A DNA stretch of 60,035 nucleotides, from assembly GCA_013166835.1 (NCBI GenBank), contig JABLTI010000004.1, positions 1 through 60,035 on the forward strand, read 5' to 3'. The position numbers and the translations under genes are program-made. Below the pieces are notes generated by a model. The model searched no databases. It saw only the letters and a program-made list of their open reading frames with translations, and was not told the DNA's origin. Positions 38,926 to 49,580 of this stretch are shown one piece after another (the stretch's first letter is position 1; every line of letters starts with the position of its first letter). This DNA comes from Promethearchaeati archaeon (GTDB lineage: Archaea; Asgardarchaeota; Heimdallarchaeia; JABLTI01).

Positions 38926-38931
38926 TTAAAC

Positions 38932-39834
38932 ATTATTACAGCTATTTCAAGTATTACATGTATTACAAATAATTCATGTAATATTGATTATTATTATTTT
39001 CATTTTAATTACATGATCTAAGACATAAAAATCAAAAATTAAAACTTATTCTAAATAATAATCTATATAATATTATATAGGTACATAGGATATATTATGT
39101 ATTACTTGTAATGCAAGTAATATAATAGATATTTCAACGTTTTGATAATATAAAGAGTGAACAGGGGTACATATAGGTACACATTTTGGGATATTATAGA
39201 ATTAGCATAATAGTAATGCATATAATATTGTGTGTATGATAAATAATATTTGTAATACAAGTATTATTTATATTTTAAATAATTCAAGTATTGTGAATAT
39301 TAGTAATATTACTATCCTATTTAAATAAATCCTAGATAATATCCGTTAGGACAAAAGTTTGGGAGAAAATAAATATTCCTCACTTATTTCGGCAATTCCT
39401 CATCATTTGGAAACATTACGACGTTGGATCTAATTAATAAGAATTAATTTTTAATGTTAAAAATATTAAGAATAATACAAGTCATACATGTAATACAGTA
39501 GACAACTTGTTATCTGAAAAAACAATCTTTTAGTAATACTTTGTACTAGTTTCTGATGAAAACTAACGTATTTTTAATTGGTTTTTATCAAAACCATATA
39601 ATTAAGCTAAAATCAAGGCTTTATCTCAAGTAATAGTCTAATATTATTCAATTAAGCAGGATTATTCTATATCATATACCATATAAATTGATATTTTCAT
39701 ATTTTTTGTGCCTGAAATTAACTAAAAGCTAAAACTTGAAATAATAACCCGATCAATTTTATATTTCTAATGATTTCTGAGTGTATAACATCATATTTTA
39801 TGTATTATGTATTATTTGTAATACAAATATTACT
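38932..39834. repeat. arrays of tandem 9-bp TGTA(T/A)TACA-like units
   Basis: Clusters at 38932-38985, 39098-39124, 39242-39295, 39471-39497 and 39808-39834; further copies at 37551, 38558 and 40524-40550. Confidence 0.85.
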
Positions 39835-40024
39835 TAAATTGTCTATTTTTATAACAAAAGGGCGATGTTTTCGTGAAAAATGCCATGTTAGCAATTATAG
39901 ATTTTATGGACAATATGTCGGATTATGAAGGAATATTTAGACATTTTTTCAGTTATTCATGATAAACGGAAACGTTTTATAGTCATAGTTAATAGTCGTA
40001 TTATATTGTATACTTGGTGATTCG

Positions 40025-40528
40025 ATGAGTAAAATTGAAATAAAAGATATAAAGTTAAGAGTTAAAGAAATACAAGAGAATCCAATAATTAAATTATTTT
40101 ATGAAGATGCTAAATCTACAGGTAAAGGCTCGAAAGAGTGGACAAATCTTACCAAAATACAGCTGGAAACTCTAATTGTGGATCTTGTTACAGATGAAAT
40201 AAATCCAAAACTTGGTTATTTGGAAAGAGGGAAATTAAGAGGAGTCACTAAAAGATCATTTTATAGGACATTAGAACAAGCTAGATTGAATCTAATAAGA
40301 GCAATTTTTACAATAATGGTTGCAGCATTTCTAAATATAATAGATTCACCGAGATTATCAGATTTCAATGAATTATCACAAAACTTCCTGGATTTGGTTA
40401 CTATTAATAACTTGGAAAATCAAACTCCTGAAGAAAAAGAGAAATGGATAAAAATCTATACAAAAATGATATTTGATAATGTACAAAATCTTAAGAAACA
40501 AACAGCTTTAGCAAATCAAGATAAGTAA
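40025..40528 (+). CDS. helical putative DNA-binding protein (HTH/Tfx-like)
   Basis: LTKIQLETLIVD...RGVTKRSFYRTLEQAR..LIRAIFT pattern. Confidence 0.55.
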   Translation: MSKIEIKDIKLRVKEIQENPIIKLFYEDAKSTGKGSKEWTNLTKIQLETLIVDLVTDEINPKLGYLERGKLRGVTKRSFYRTLEQARLNLIRAIFTIMVAAFLNIIDSPRLSDFNELSQNFLDLVTINNLENQTPEEKEKWIKIYTKMIFDNVQNLKKQTALANQDK

Positions 40529-40563
40529 TGCTTGTAATACATATATTACACAATCACCTTAAT

Positions 40564-42885
40564 TTAATCTTTAACTTTCAACGCTGCAATTATTGCTTGA
40601 CCACTACTGATACTACCATCTCCACATGGCAAAGATTTGTGCTGTAAAAATTCCAAATTGGCGGTATTTACCTTTTTGGCTATTTGACGACTGATTATAT
40701 CATTGTAGGCAACACCACCTGTAAAACCAATTTTCTTAATAGAATTAGATAATGCATAGTCAATTGCTGAGTCTGCAAATTGATTTGCTAAGTAATGATG
40801 AATAGCTAAGGCAATATCAGCGGGTTGCTTATCTGAGATTAAATATTCATAAGCTTGATATAACATTGAAGTTGTGTTGATTATTCCAGAATTCTTTTCA
40901 GGTAAATCAAAAACTATTTTTCCTAATCTACCTTTATGGGCTAATGCTTCGAGAATTATCGCTGGTTCTCCCTCATATGTTCTTTCATAACAAGCTTTAA
41001 GCAAAGCACTTGACGCAGCTAAAATTCTGCCTGTGCTTGTAGTATTGAAAACATTTATTCCTTTTTTTAATTGCGAGAGAACTACTTGTATTTCATTTTC
41101 TCCGCCGGGCAAACTATTTGGATAAATATTCAATAGCAAATCAGATAATTCATTTTCGGAGAACCTTTTTGATAAAATACCTACAACCATTCTAATAGGA
41201 TAAAAGGTAGCACGATCTCCACCTATCATTGATTGTTCTTCGAGATGTCCTATTCTTTTAAATTCTGTATAGGAATTATGAAAGATTTCTCCACCCCAAA
41301 TTTTACCATCGGAACCATAACCAACTCCATCAGCAATAATTGATATTATTTCTTCTTCTTTTGGTACTTTATTATCTAACATTAAGGTAGTAGCATGAGC
41401 ATGATGGTGCTGTATTCTAAATAGTTGAGCATCATGTTCTTTCCTGTATTTCTCTGCTAATCTTGTAGAGAGAAAATTAGGATGCAAATCACTTCCAATT
41501 GAATCATAGGAATTTACATCTAATAATGAAGTCATGTGATTTATAGCCGATTCAAGAAAAGCAAGAGTTTCAAGAGTATCTACATCACCGATAAATTGAG
41601 TAGGAAAACATCGATTTGTTTTAGCGATTGCTCCTGTTGATGTTAAAAGTGGTCCAACACCTACTGAAGAAAGCTTGCCTAGATCAAATGGGAGATTAAT
41701 AGGTTCTGGAACCCAACCTCGAGATCTTCTAATTAAAACTGGATTATCATTAGCAAAACGTACAACGCTATCATCCGCACGTTGGAAAATTCTTCTATTA
41801 TGTAACAAAAAATAATCTGCAAGTTCACCTGTATTTTCTAGGATCTCATCATTTTCAATATACATTGGAATTTCGGAAGGATTCGCACTTGTTAATATCA
41901 ATGCCGGATCTTTAATTTCATCTAGAATTAATGAATGAATCCCAGAATATGGGAGCATTACGCCTACATTAAATAATTTTGGAGCAATCCACTCTGATAA
42001 AGGAAAAGGTACTTTTTTCTCGAGTAATACAATGGGTCTTCGATAACTTGTTATTATTTCTTCTTCATTGGTATTGACTTTCGCATACTTCTTCACATCT
42101 GTAATTGAACTTGAGATAATAGCAAAAGGTTTGTATTTCCTTTTACCTTTGCGGGTTCTTAATTTTAATATCGTTTCATCGTTATTTACTGAGCATGCTA
42201 AATGAGTGCCACCTATTCCCTTAAGTGCTATTATATTCCCTTCAGAGATTAATTCACTAATTTCTTTGAATATATTTTGTAATTCTAATTTTTCCCCATT
42301 TTTATTATAAAGTGATAATGTTGGTCCACATCTAATACAGCAAGTAGTCTGTGCATGATGTCGACGATCAAGTGGATCATTGTATTCTTTACTACATGAT
42401 TCACAAAATGGAAATTCTATCATAGTTGTATTAGGTCTATCATATGGAAGTTTAGTGATTGTTGTATAACGAGGTCCACAAATCGCACATGAAGTAAAGG
42501 CATATTTGAATCGATAATCTTTACGATTTTCCATATCACTTAAACATTTTTCACAAATAGAAATATCAGGCGGAAGGTAAGAAACACCTCCAATTTTTCG
42601 TTTTGAGCTTTTTTGAATCTCAAAAATTGAAAATTCATCTTGGGAACTACTCCAAGTAACTTGAAAATCCTCATACTTGGCTAAATAAGGCTTATCGTAC
42701 TTTAAAGAATCAACAAATTTCAGAAGAACTTTCTTTAATCCCTCAGCTACGATTAATACTCCAGCATCACCTTGGTTTCTTACAAATCCTGTTAATCCTA
42801 ATTTCATTGCCGTTTGATAGACAAAAGGTCGAAAGCCAATGCCCTGAACGATACCACTACAAATGACTTTTACTCGAGACCTCAA
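40564..42885 (-). CDS. hypF: carbamoyltransferase HypF
   Basis: GIVQGIGFRP acylphosphatase domain, Zn fingers with CGPRY, KGIGG, QHHHAH, DGVGYG, PCGDG. Confidence 0.96.
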   Translation of the reverse strand: MRSRVKVICSGIVQGIGFRPFVYQTAMKLGLTGFVRNQGDAGVLIVAEGLKKVLLKFVDSLKYDKPYLAKYEDFQVTWSSSQDEFSIFEIQKSSKRKIGGVSYLPPDISICEKCLSDMENRKDYRFKYAFTSCAICGPRYTTITKLPYDRPNTTMIEFPFCESCSKEYNDPLDRRHHAQTTCCIRCGPTLSLYNKNGEKLELQNIFKEISELISEGNIIALKGIGGTHLACSVNNDETILKLRTRKGKRKYKPFAIISSSITDVKKYAKVNTNEEEIITSYRRPIVLLEKKVPFPLSEWIAPKLFNVGVMLPYSGIHSLILDEIKDPALILTSANPSEIPMYIENDEILENTGELADYFLLHNRRIFQRADDSVVRFANDNPVLIRRSRGWVPEPINLPFDLGKLSSVGVGPLLTSTGAIAKTNRCFPTQFIGDVDTLETLAFLESAINHMTSLLDVNSYDSIGSDLHPNFLSTRLAEKYRKEHDAQLFRIQHHHAHATTLMLDNKVPKEEEIISIIADGVGYGSDGKIWGGEIFHNSYTEFKRIGHLEEQSMIGGDRATFYPIRMVVGILSKRFSENELSDLLLNIYPNSLPGGENEIQVVLSQLKKGINVFNTTSTGRILAASSALLKACYERTYEGEPAIILEALAHKGRLGKIVFDLPEKNSGIINTTSMLYQAYEYLISDKQPADIALAIHHYLANQFADSAIDYALSNSIKKIGFTGGVAYNDIISRQIAKKVNTANLEFLQHKSLPCGDGSISSGQAIIAALKVKD

Positions 42886-42977
42886 TTATTTTTCCTCAGC
42901 ATATGATAGATATTGCTAGTTAAATAATTAATTAACAACTCGTATAAAACGACAGCTGTTTACATGCTAAGAAAACT

Positions 42978-44462
42978 TTACTCTATTTCGTTGAATAAAA
43001 AGAAATTATCTGGAAATACCCACTTATTTTCTTTGTAAAATTTGTAAGGAATAGGACGAAAAATACCACTTGTTTTAGATGCTAGAGAAAATTGAGTGTT
43101 TTTTATTGTTGGAAGAGTTTCGCAAACCAAATCATTTAATCGATGGGCGCCATTCATTAAATCAACTGTTATTATTGCTCCTCCATTTCTAAATGTATAC
43201 GAAAAAGTTTGAGGCATTCTAAGAATAATTTTTTCAATAGAATTTAGATTTTCTTTTGAAATTTTTTCGAAAAATAAGATTGCAGATTGGTTTAAACCCA
43301 TATAATATAATAAAATCATTGGGAACATTAATTCCTTAATTTTCTCAATGTGAAAATTAGTATCATCCCAGGAAAGTGATAATCTTTTGGAAATTGTACG
43401 AACAGAACTATCTAAATCTCTTCTAAATAATGTCATAACTTTCAGATCTCTTTCAGAGAATTTTACTGGATTACCCTCGAAAGAGAAACGGTGAAATGCT
43501 TTAGTGGAATCATCAGAGCTTTCAGTCAAACTTAAAATTCGTTCTTTAAACCAATCAATAAAGAATCCAGGCTTATTAGCTGATAAAACAGAAGGTCTTT
43601 TTGAATACGTATAATAAGTGAAATTAAGATTGTTTGAGATAGTTTTTACTTCATCACAATAAAAAGATCTAATTTTGTTTGAGTCACTTAATTTTACAAG
43701 ATATTCGAATAACTTCTTTTCATGAATTTTTGGAATTGTTAAAGAGACAATGTAGTCAAATCGCTGATTTGGACATCGACGGATAGTTCTTGTATATGGA
43801 GAAGAGAAATATTGGGGAATAGATTCTTGAAATTCAGGTGTAGACTCAATAAGAATGATATACAAATTCAAACCAATTCTAGGAAAATTGACGGTTCCAG
43901 TAACTCGAAAATAAGCATTATTTCGTAGATAGCCGATTCGTCGACTGATATAATTAGAACGTACTTGCAATTTTTTTGATAGCAATTCATTAGTGTAATA
44001 TTGTTGCGTGTCAATTAAATCTCTAATTGTTTTAATAATCCTAACATCCATTTCTGACAAAGGAACAACATAATATCTTTCTAAATCAAATAGGATAGCA
44101 CATGATTCATAAAAGGATAAATTCTGAAATTTCGACATTTGTTCTAGTACAGTCTCAATAAATAAACCATTCATGATCTTATCTAGATAGATGAAATCAA
44201 TGTATGGTCTATAATGAAATTCACCCATAGGAAGTTGTACAATTTTGTGAGTAGATTTTTCCCGCCAAAAATCTAACAAATCATACTTTTCATCATCATC
44301 CTCAAGATGTCTATAAATGAAGAGAAAACCTAAATCTAATGCTATCTGAGAGTTTAACTCTTTGACTTTTGGATACAATTCCAACATCATTTTTTCGAAA
44401 ATATTGGAGAAATTTAAATCATTACTGATTGATTCAAGATTTTCGAATAGTTGTTGTGACAT
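42978..44462 (-). CDS. tandem wHTH-Lrp/AsnC-like regulator
   Basis: Two HTH + (V)NFPRIGL / YYMGL linker + RAM-like units after an N-terminal helical domain. Confidence 0.65.
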   Translation of the reverse strand: MSQQLFENLESISNDLNFSNIFEKMMLELYPKVKELNSQIALDLGFLFIYRHLEDDDEKYDLLDFWREKSTHKIVQLPMGEFHYRPYIDFIYLDKIMNGLFIETVLEQMSKFQNLSFYESCAILFDLERYYVVPLSEMDVRIIKTIRDLIDTQQYYTNELLSKKLQVRSNYISRRIGYLRNNAYFRVTGTVNFPRIGLNLYIILIESTPEFQESIPQYFSSPYTRTIRRCPNQRFDYIVSLTIPKIHEKKLFEYLVKLSDSNKIRSFYCDEVKTISNNLNFTYYTYSKRPSVLSANKPGFFIDWFKERILSLTESSDDSTKAFHRFSFEGNPVKFSERDLKVMTLFRRDLDSSVRTISKRLSLSWDDTNFHIEKIKELMFPMILLYYMGLNQSAILFFEKISKENLNSIEKIILRMPQTFSYTFRNGGAIITVDLMNGAHRLNDLVCETLPTIKNTQFSLASKTSGIFRPIPYKFYKENKWVFPDNFFLFNEIE

Positions 44463-44692
44463 TAATAATCATAATCCTCTTCTCATTTTTCATTGTACCC
44501 TTCGATTTATGTGGAACAATGTATTATGATATCATTTGAGCTAATCGACCAAGAGTTAATTAAAAAAGAGCTATAAAAACACCAAGAGAAGGACTTTAGA
44601 TTTAAATAATGTAAAAATGATAATTAACTACAATATCTTATAAATTAGAGTAAAAGAAGTTTAAAGATTATAATAATAAAAAGTGAAAATAA

Positions 44693-46543
44693 TTGACTGC
44701 TGAAGATAAGGATAGTTTATTACTACGAATAAAGTCTTTTCCAGATAAACCAGGAATTTATTCTTTTAAGGATGATAAAGGGAGAGCAATCTATATCGGA
44801 AAAGCAAAATCATTGAAAAAGAGAATTACCTCTTATTTTGTTGAAGGAGCTCTTGATAGAAAGACATTATCAATTAAAAGATTGGCAAGAGATGTGGAAT
44901 TTATAGTTACAAATACAGAAACTGATGCATTAATACTCGAAAACAGTTTAATAAAACTACATAAACCCAAACTAAATGTTAGACTAAAAGATGATAAAAC
45001 ATATCCTTACCTAAAAATAACTACTAGTGAAAAATATCCAAGAGTTGAAATTATAAGAAACAGGAAGGACAATAATGATCTTTATTTTGGACCATACACT
45101 GATGTGAAAACATTAAGAATAGCATTAAAAAAAGCTTTAACAATATTTCCAATTGCAAGATGTAAAAAACCAATAATTGATGGTAAAATTAATCGTTCTT
45201 GCTTGTTTTTTCAACTAGACAGATGTTTAGCACCATGTGTTGATAAAGTTGAACAAAAAAAATACCTGAAAGCAGTTAAGCAATTCATTAAATTATTTGA
45301 GGGAAAACAAAGAGAGCTTATAAAAGAGTTAAAGGAAGAAATGCAAAAAGCTTCTAAGCAATTGAATTATGAAAAAGCAGCTCTATTGAGAGATAAGGTT
45401 CTTGCTTTAGAAAAACTGGTTCAAAAACAAACAATTATTTCAAAAGATGTGAATGCTGAATATGATATAATTGGTTTATATCAAACTCAAAAGGTATCAT
45501 TAGCTCAAATACTAGCAATGAGACAAGGAAGGATTACTGAACAAAAGCATTTTGTTATGGATTTACCTTATGATTTGAATGAGGATGAAATATTAACGTC
45601 ATTTATTAAACAATATTATTCGAAAACAGATTTTATTCCAAGAAGAATTTTAACAAAGATAGAAATTGAGGATGAAATTACTATCAACAATTGGTTAAAA
45701 GATAAACAAAAACTAGAGAAAATAGGAATAATATTTGTAAGACCAAAAACTCGTGAACAGAAGGCATTTATTGAGCTTGCGTATTCAAATGCTAAAATTA
45801 ACTATCATACAAAAACTAAAGTGCAAGAAATGAGAGAGGAAAAAATTTCTGAGGCATTACAAGAACTAAAAGATGTTTTAGACCTTAAGGAAGAACCAAA
45901 AAGAATTGAAGGATATGATGTATCAACTTTACTTGGAACCGATACTGTTGGTTCTTGCGTTGTTTTTGAGAATGGATTACCTAAGAAAAAAGATTATCGA
46001 AAATTCATAATAAAAACAGTTGAGGGACAAGATGATTACGCATCAATGAGAGAAATGATCAAGAGAAGATTTACTGGTAGTTTAGCCAAAAAAAATCCAA
46101 ATCCTGATCTCATTCTTATTGATGGTGGACCGGGTCAAATAAGTTCTGTTTTAACAGTATTGGCTGAAACTAGTATAAACATTCCCATTATTGGACTCTC
46201 AAAAGAATTTGAAGAAATTCATTTCACTGATGATAGAAACTCAATTATTTTAGATGAAAAATCTAATGCTTTGAAGGTTTTACAAAGAGTGAGGGATGAA
46301 GCTCATAGATTTGCTGTAAGCTTTCACAGGCAAAGAAGAACTAAAAAAATGATCAAATCCTCTCTTGAAGAGATTCCTAATCTTGGAGAGAAAAGAATTA
46401 AAATGTTAATTGAGCATTTTGGCAGCATTGAAAACATCAAAAATGCAAATGTAGATGATTTAGTAAAAGTAAAAGGTATAAGTCAAAAACTTGCTTTAAA
46501 AATTTTTGAATATTATAGTAAAAATGAATTTACATTTAGCTAA
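44693..46543 (+). CDS. uvrC: excinuclease ABC subunit C
   Basis: GIY-YIG, UVR domain YEKAALLRD, RIEGYDVS, DDYASM, LIDGG, RDEAHRFA, HhH. Confidence 0.96.
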   Translation: MTAEDKDSLLLRIKSFPDKPGIYSFKDDKGRAIYIGKAKSLKKRITSYFVEGALDRKTLSIKRLARDVEFIVTNTETDALILENSLIKLHKPKLNVRLKDDKTYPYLKITTSEKYPRVEIIRNRKDNNDLYFGPYTDVKTLRIALKKALTIFPIARCKKPIIDGKINRSCLFFQLDRCLAPCVDKVEQKKYLKAVKQFIKLFEGKQRELIKELKEEMQKASKQLNYEKAALLRDKVLALEKLVQKQTIISKDVNAEYDIIGLYQTQKVSLAQILAMRQGRITEQKHFVMDLPYDLNEDEILTSFIKQYYSKTDFIPRRILTKIEIEDEITINNWLKDKQKLEKIGIIFVRPKTREQKAFIELAYSNAKINYHTKTKVQEMREEKISEALQELKDVLDLKEEPKRIEGYDVSTLLGTDTVGSCVVFENGLPKKKDYRKFIIKTVEGQDDYASMREMIKRRFTGSLAKKNPNPDLILIDGGPGQISSVLTVLAETSINIPIIGLSKEFEEIHFTDDRNSIILDEKSNALKVLQRVRDEAHRFAVSFHRQRRTKKMIKSSLEEIPNLGEKRIKMLIEHFGSIENIKNANVDDLVKVKGISQKLALKIFEYYSKNEFTFS

Positions 46544-46723
46544 TTTGGGAAAAATTTGTTAAATAAAACCCTTTTTTTCTTTGGATATATAGTTTTTATT
46601 ATCTATCGCAATACCTATATATGAGCAATGAGATATATTATAAAGTTATAAAAGTTTAAAAAAGAAAAAAATATGAAATTTGTAGTTATGAATTTACAAA
46701 TTTGAAAATGAGATGTTAAAAAA

Positions 46724-48169
46724 ATGTCTATGAGAAGCTATGCAATAAGGCGTTTTCTTTATATGCTCCCTACTTTACTTGGAATTTCTATGGTTAGCTT
46801 TGCGTTGATAGCTGCATCTCCTGGGGATCCTATTCAGATTAGAATGGGGTTGTTTAAAGGAGAACAAACGGATTACATACGAAGATACAATGAAATCGGT
46901 ATATCAATGGGTATGCTGGAAAAAGTTGGACAAGATGCAGTTTCATTTGATATTACAATGGATACAACAACTGGGTTTTCATTAAAAGAATTCAACGTTA
47001 CGGGACCGGAAACAGGCTACATTGATTTTACAACAGTTACGTTAAACCTAAGAAGTGATATAGCGCGGAACTTTAGTATAACGGGATATGGTACTACATA
47101 TGGATATGATATCCATCTTGAACTTCCCGGAGATAATACTCTTTTTACCTATATTTTCTTAGCGGACAGACTTTCTTATGATCAAAATTTCAACACATCC
47201 AACAATGAAATTTATTATACACTGGAAAGACCATTCAACTATACTGCCACAGGTATTAGTGAAACTGGTAAAATGATAATTGAATATACACAATATACAA
47301 GAATTGGTGGATTTGTCCGATATCTACAATGGCTTGGATTAGTGAAGAAATTCCTCATTGAAGATTTAGACGGCGATGGAACTGTAGAAAGAGTTTACAG
47401 ACGTCGTGGAATTCTACAAGGAGATTTTGGACGATCTTGGCACTGGGTAGAAGGTAGTGCAGATCAAGGAAAGCCAATTATGGATATCATTGTAGGAAGG
47501 ATGTGGTACACACTATTTCTGACTACACCGGCATTTATCATAAGCACCATTTTAGCAACGGTTATTGGAGTTATCCAAGCAACAAGACAATATTCTATTT
47601 GGGATAAAGGAGTCACTCTGGCCTCACTTATAGGATATTCAATGCCAACGTTTTGGTTGGCTAAACTTGTAATGCTTGCATCATTTTATATCTTCAATTT
47701 CACCGGAGCAACTACAGGTGAAGCTTTTACGGAACCCTTTATACTAAATGGTACATTTTACGTCTTTCTTATATTACCGACAATTACATTAGTCCTAACA
47801 GGATTAGTATTTCTGGCAAGACTAACAAGATCGCAATTACTTGACATTCTGCGGCAAGACTACATTACAACGGCAAGGGCAAAAGGATTATCAGAACGCT
47901 CAGTAATTTACAAACACGCATTCAGAAATGCGATGCTGCCTATAATAACAGTAGTAGGTATGGCCCTACCTGGTTTATTGGGTGGAGCAGTCATGACTGA
48001 AGGTGTATTTGGTTGGCCTGGTTTAGGAACAGTGTTCTTAACAAGTGCTTTGCAAAGAGATCATCCAATGATGATGGCTACGAACTTCATCTTTGGTGCA
48101 ATGTTTCTTGCATTCAGACTGTTAGTTGACTTGAGTTATGCTCTAGTTGATCCGAGGATACGGTATTAG
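46724..48169 (+). CDS. peptide/nickel ABC transporter permease (DppB/OppB) with a large extracellular insertion
   Basis: PGDP, GDFGRS, DYITTARAKGL, HAFRNA, DPRI. Confidence 0.9.
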   Translation: MSMRSYAIRRFLYMLPTLLGISMVSFALIAASPGDPIQIRMGLFKGEQTDYIRRYNEIGISMGMLEKVGQDAVSFDITMDTTTGFSLKEFNVTGPETGYIDFTTVTLNLRSDIARNFSITGYGTTYGYDIHLELPGDNTLFTYIFLADRLSYDQNFNTSNNEIYYTLERPFNYTATGISETGKMIIEYTQYTRIGGFVRYLQWLGLVKKFLIEDLDGDGTVERVYRRRGILQGDFGRSWHWVEGSADQGKPIMDIIVGRMWYTLFLTTPAFIISTILATVIGVIQATRQYSIWDKGVTLASLIGYSMPTFWLAKLVMLASFYIFNFTGATTGEAFTEPFILNGTFYVFLILPTITLVLTGLVFLARLTRSQLLDILRQDYITTARAKGLSERSVIYKHAFRNAMLPIITVVGMALPGLLGGAVMTEGVFGWPGLGTVFLTSALQRDHPMMMATNFIFGAMFLAFRLLVDLSYALVDPRIRY

Positions 48170-48183
48170 GAGATGTTTAGAAT

Positions 48184-49221
48184 ATGGCTACAGTGAATGA
48201 AACAAGCGTTGATCGAGAAACACGAATCCTAGAAGAAATCAAACTTGTAGAAGGTTCAAATCTTTGGGCGCTTGTTATGAGACGAATGCGTAAAGATCAG
48301 ATGGGCATGATAGGATTTTATATCGTTGCTTTTCTGGTTATTATTGCAATTGTAGCGTTTCTTATTCAACAATATGATGCATTATTCGGTTTGAATAATC
48401 CTACCCATGATCCTTATGATATTCTTAATTACTACATTGAAATTTGGATTCCTGGAACTCAGAAATATCTGCGTTTGATAGCACATCCAAAATACATTAT
48501 TCCCGGAGATCAAACACTAGCACCAAATGCACAATACCCATTTGGCACTGATACAAGAGGTTTTGATATACTATCCAGAACATTCTTTGGATCCTCACTA
48601 TCATTAGTCCTAGGTTTTATAGGTCAAATGACAACAAGCATTTTGGGTATGATAATTGGATCATTTTCAGGCTATTATGGTGGATTTTTCGATGATATAG
48701 TACAAAGAATCAATGAAATCATAAGCGCAATGCCAGGATTTATCCTATTCATCTTCATCGTTGCTATCTTCAGAGATATAGCTGGTAATATCCCAGGCGG
48801 AATATATATGGTGGTAATAGTAATATTTGCACTGATTGGCTGGGGTGGAACTAGTCTGATTGTGCGGAGTACGATTCTTTCGCTGAAAAACACGGAATTC
48901 ATAGAAGCTGAACGGGCACTAGGTGCCAAGGATTCAAGAATAATATTTAGACATATTATTCCAAATTCACTATCCCCTGTAATTGTCATTACCACTTTAG
49001 GAATTGCAAACACATTGATGTTCATTGCAGCACTTGCATTCTTCGGTTTAGGAGATGCTACAGCTGTTTCGTGGGGCGATGATTTAGCATACCATCGAGA
49101 TCATTTACTGACTTATTGGTGGATGCCAACGTGGCCTGCGACGATGATATTCATAACAATTCTTGGTTTTAACCTAATGGGAGATGCATTAAGAGACGCA
49201 TTAGATCCGAAACTAAAATGA
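48184..49221 (+). CDS. peptide/nickel ABC transporter permease (DppC/OppC)
   Basis: PFGTDTRGFDI, EFIEAERALGA, HIIPN, GDALRDALDPK. Confidence 0.92.
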   Translation: MATVNETSVDRETRILEEIKLVEGSNLWALVMRRMRKDQMGMIGFYIVAFLVIIAIVAFLIQQYDALFGLNNPTHDPYDILNYYIEIWIPGTQKYLRLIAHPKYIIPGDQTLAPNAQYPFGTDTRGFDILSRTFFGSSLSLVLGFIGQMTTSILGMIIGSFSGYYGGFFDDIVQRINEIISAMPGFILFIFIVAIFRDIAGNIPGGIYMVVIVIFALIGWGGTSLIVRSTILSLKNTEFIEAERALGAKDSRIIFRHIIPNSLSPVIVITTLGIANTLMFIAALAFFGLGDATAVSWGDDLAYHRDHLLTYWWMPTWPATMIFITILGFNLMGDALRDALDPKLK

Positions 49222-49229
49222 TAAAAAAT

Positions 49230-49262
49230 AGACGCTTAGGCGTCTTAATTTTTTCTTTTTTC
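49230..49262 (+). terminator. hairpin plus T-tract
   Basis: AGACGC-ttag-GCGTCT followed by long T runs. Confidence 0.65.
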
Positions 49263-49580
49263 ATTTATAACTAATCTTTTTAAGTTAAGAAATAATGGTT
49301 TTTACTCGAAAAGCACTACTCAAATAAATATTTTTTCGAAACTTTTATATATGAAGTTCTAACAAAAACGTTAGAAGTAATATAAAAGTCTTTCCCGAAA
49401 TGATAAAATCTTATGTAAAATAATGTGGGGCCATTTTAAATAGAAAATATAATCTTCTATTTTAGACTGCCTTCTTTGTCCAATTAATAATGGGTTATTG
49501 GATTCTATCGTTTACAGGATAAAAAAAGATATAGAAAAAGAGTATGAGTCTGATTCAATAAAGGAGTGGCTTATTAAATA

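Noticed and set aside
38932-39834. CRISPR array or replication origin
   Set aside because: Units are 9 bp, degenerate and contiguous with no regular spacers; no ORB is present, whereas clear ORBs lie at 55.4-55.8 kb.
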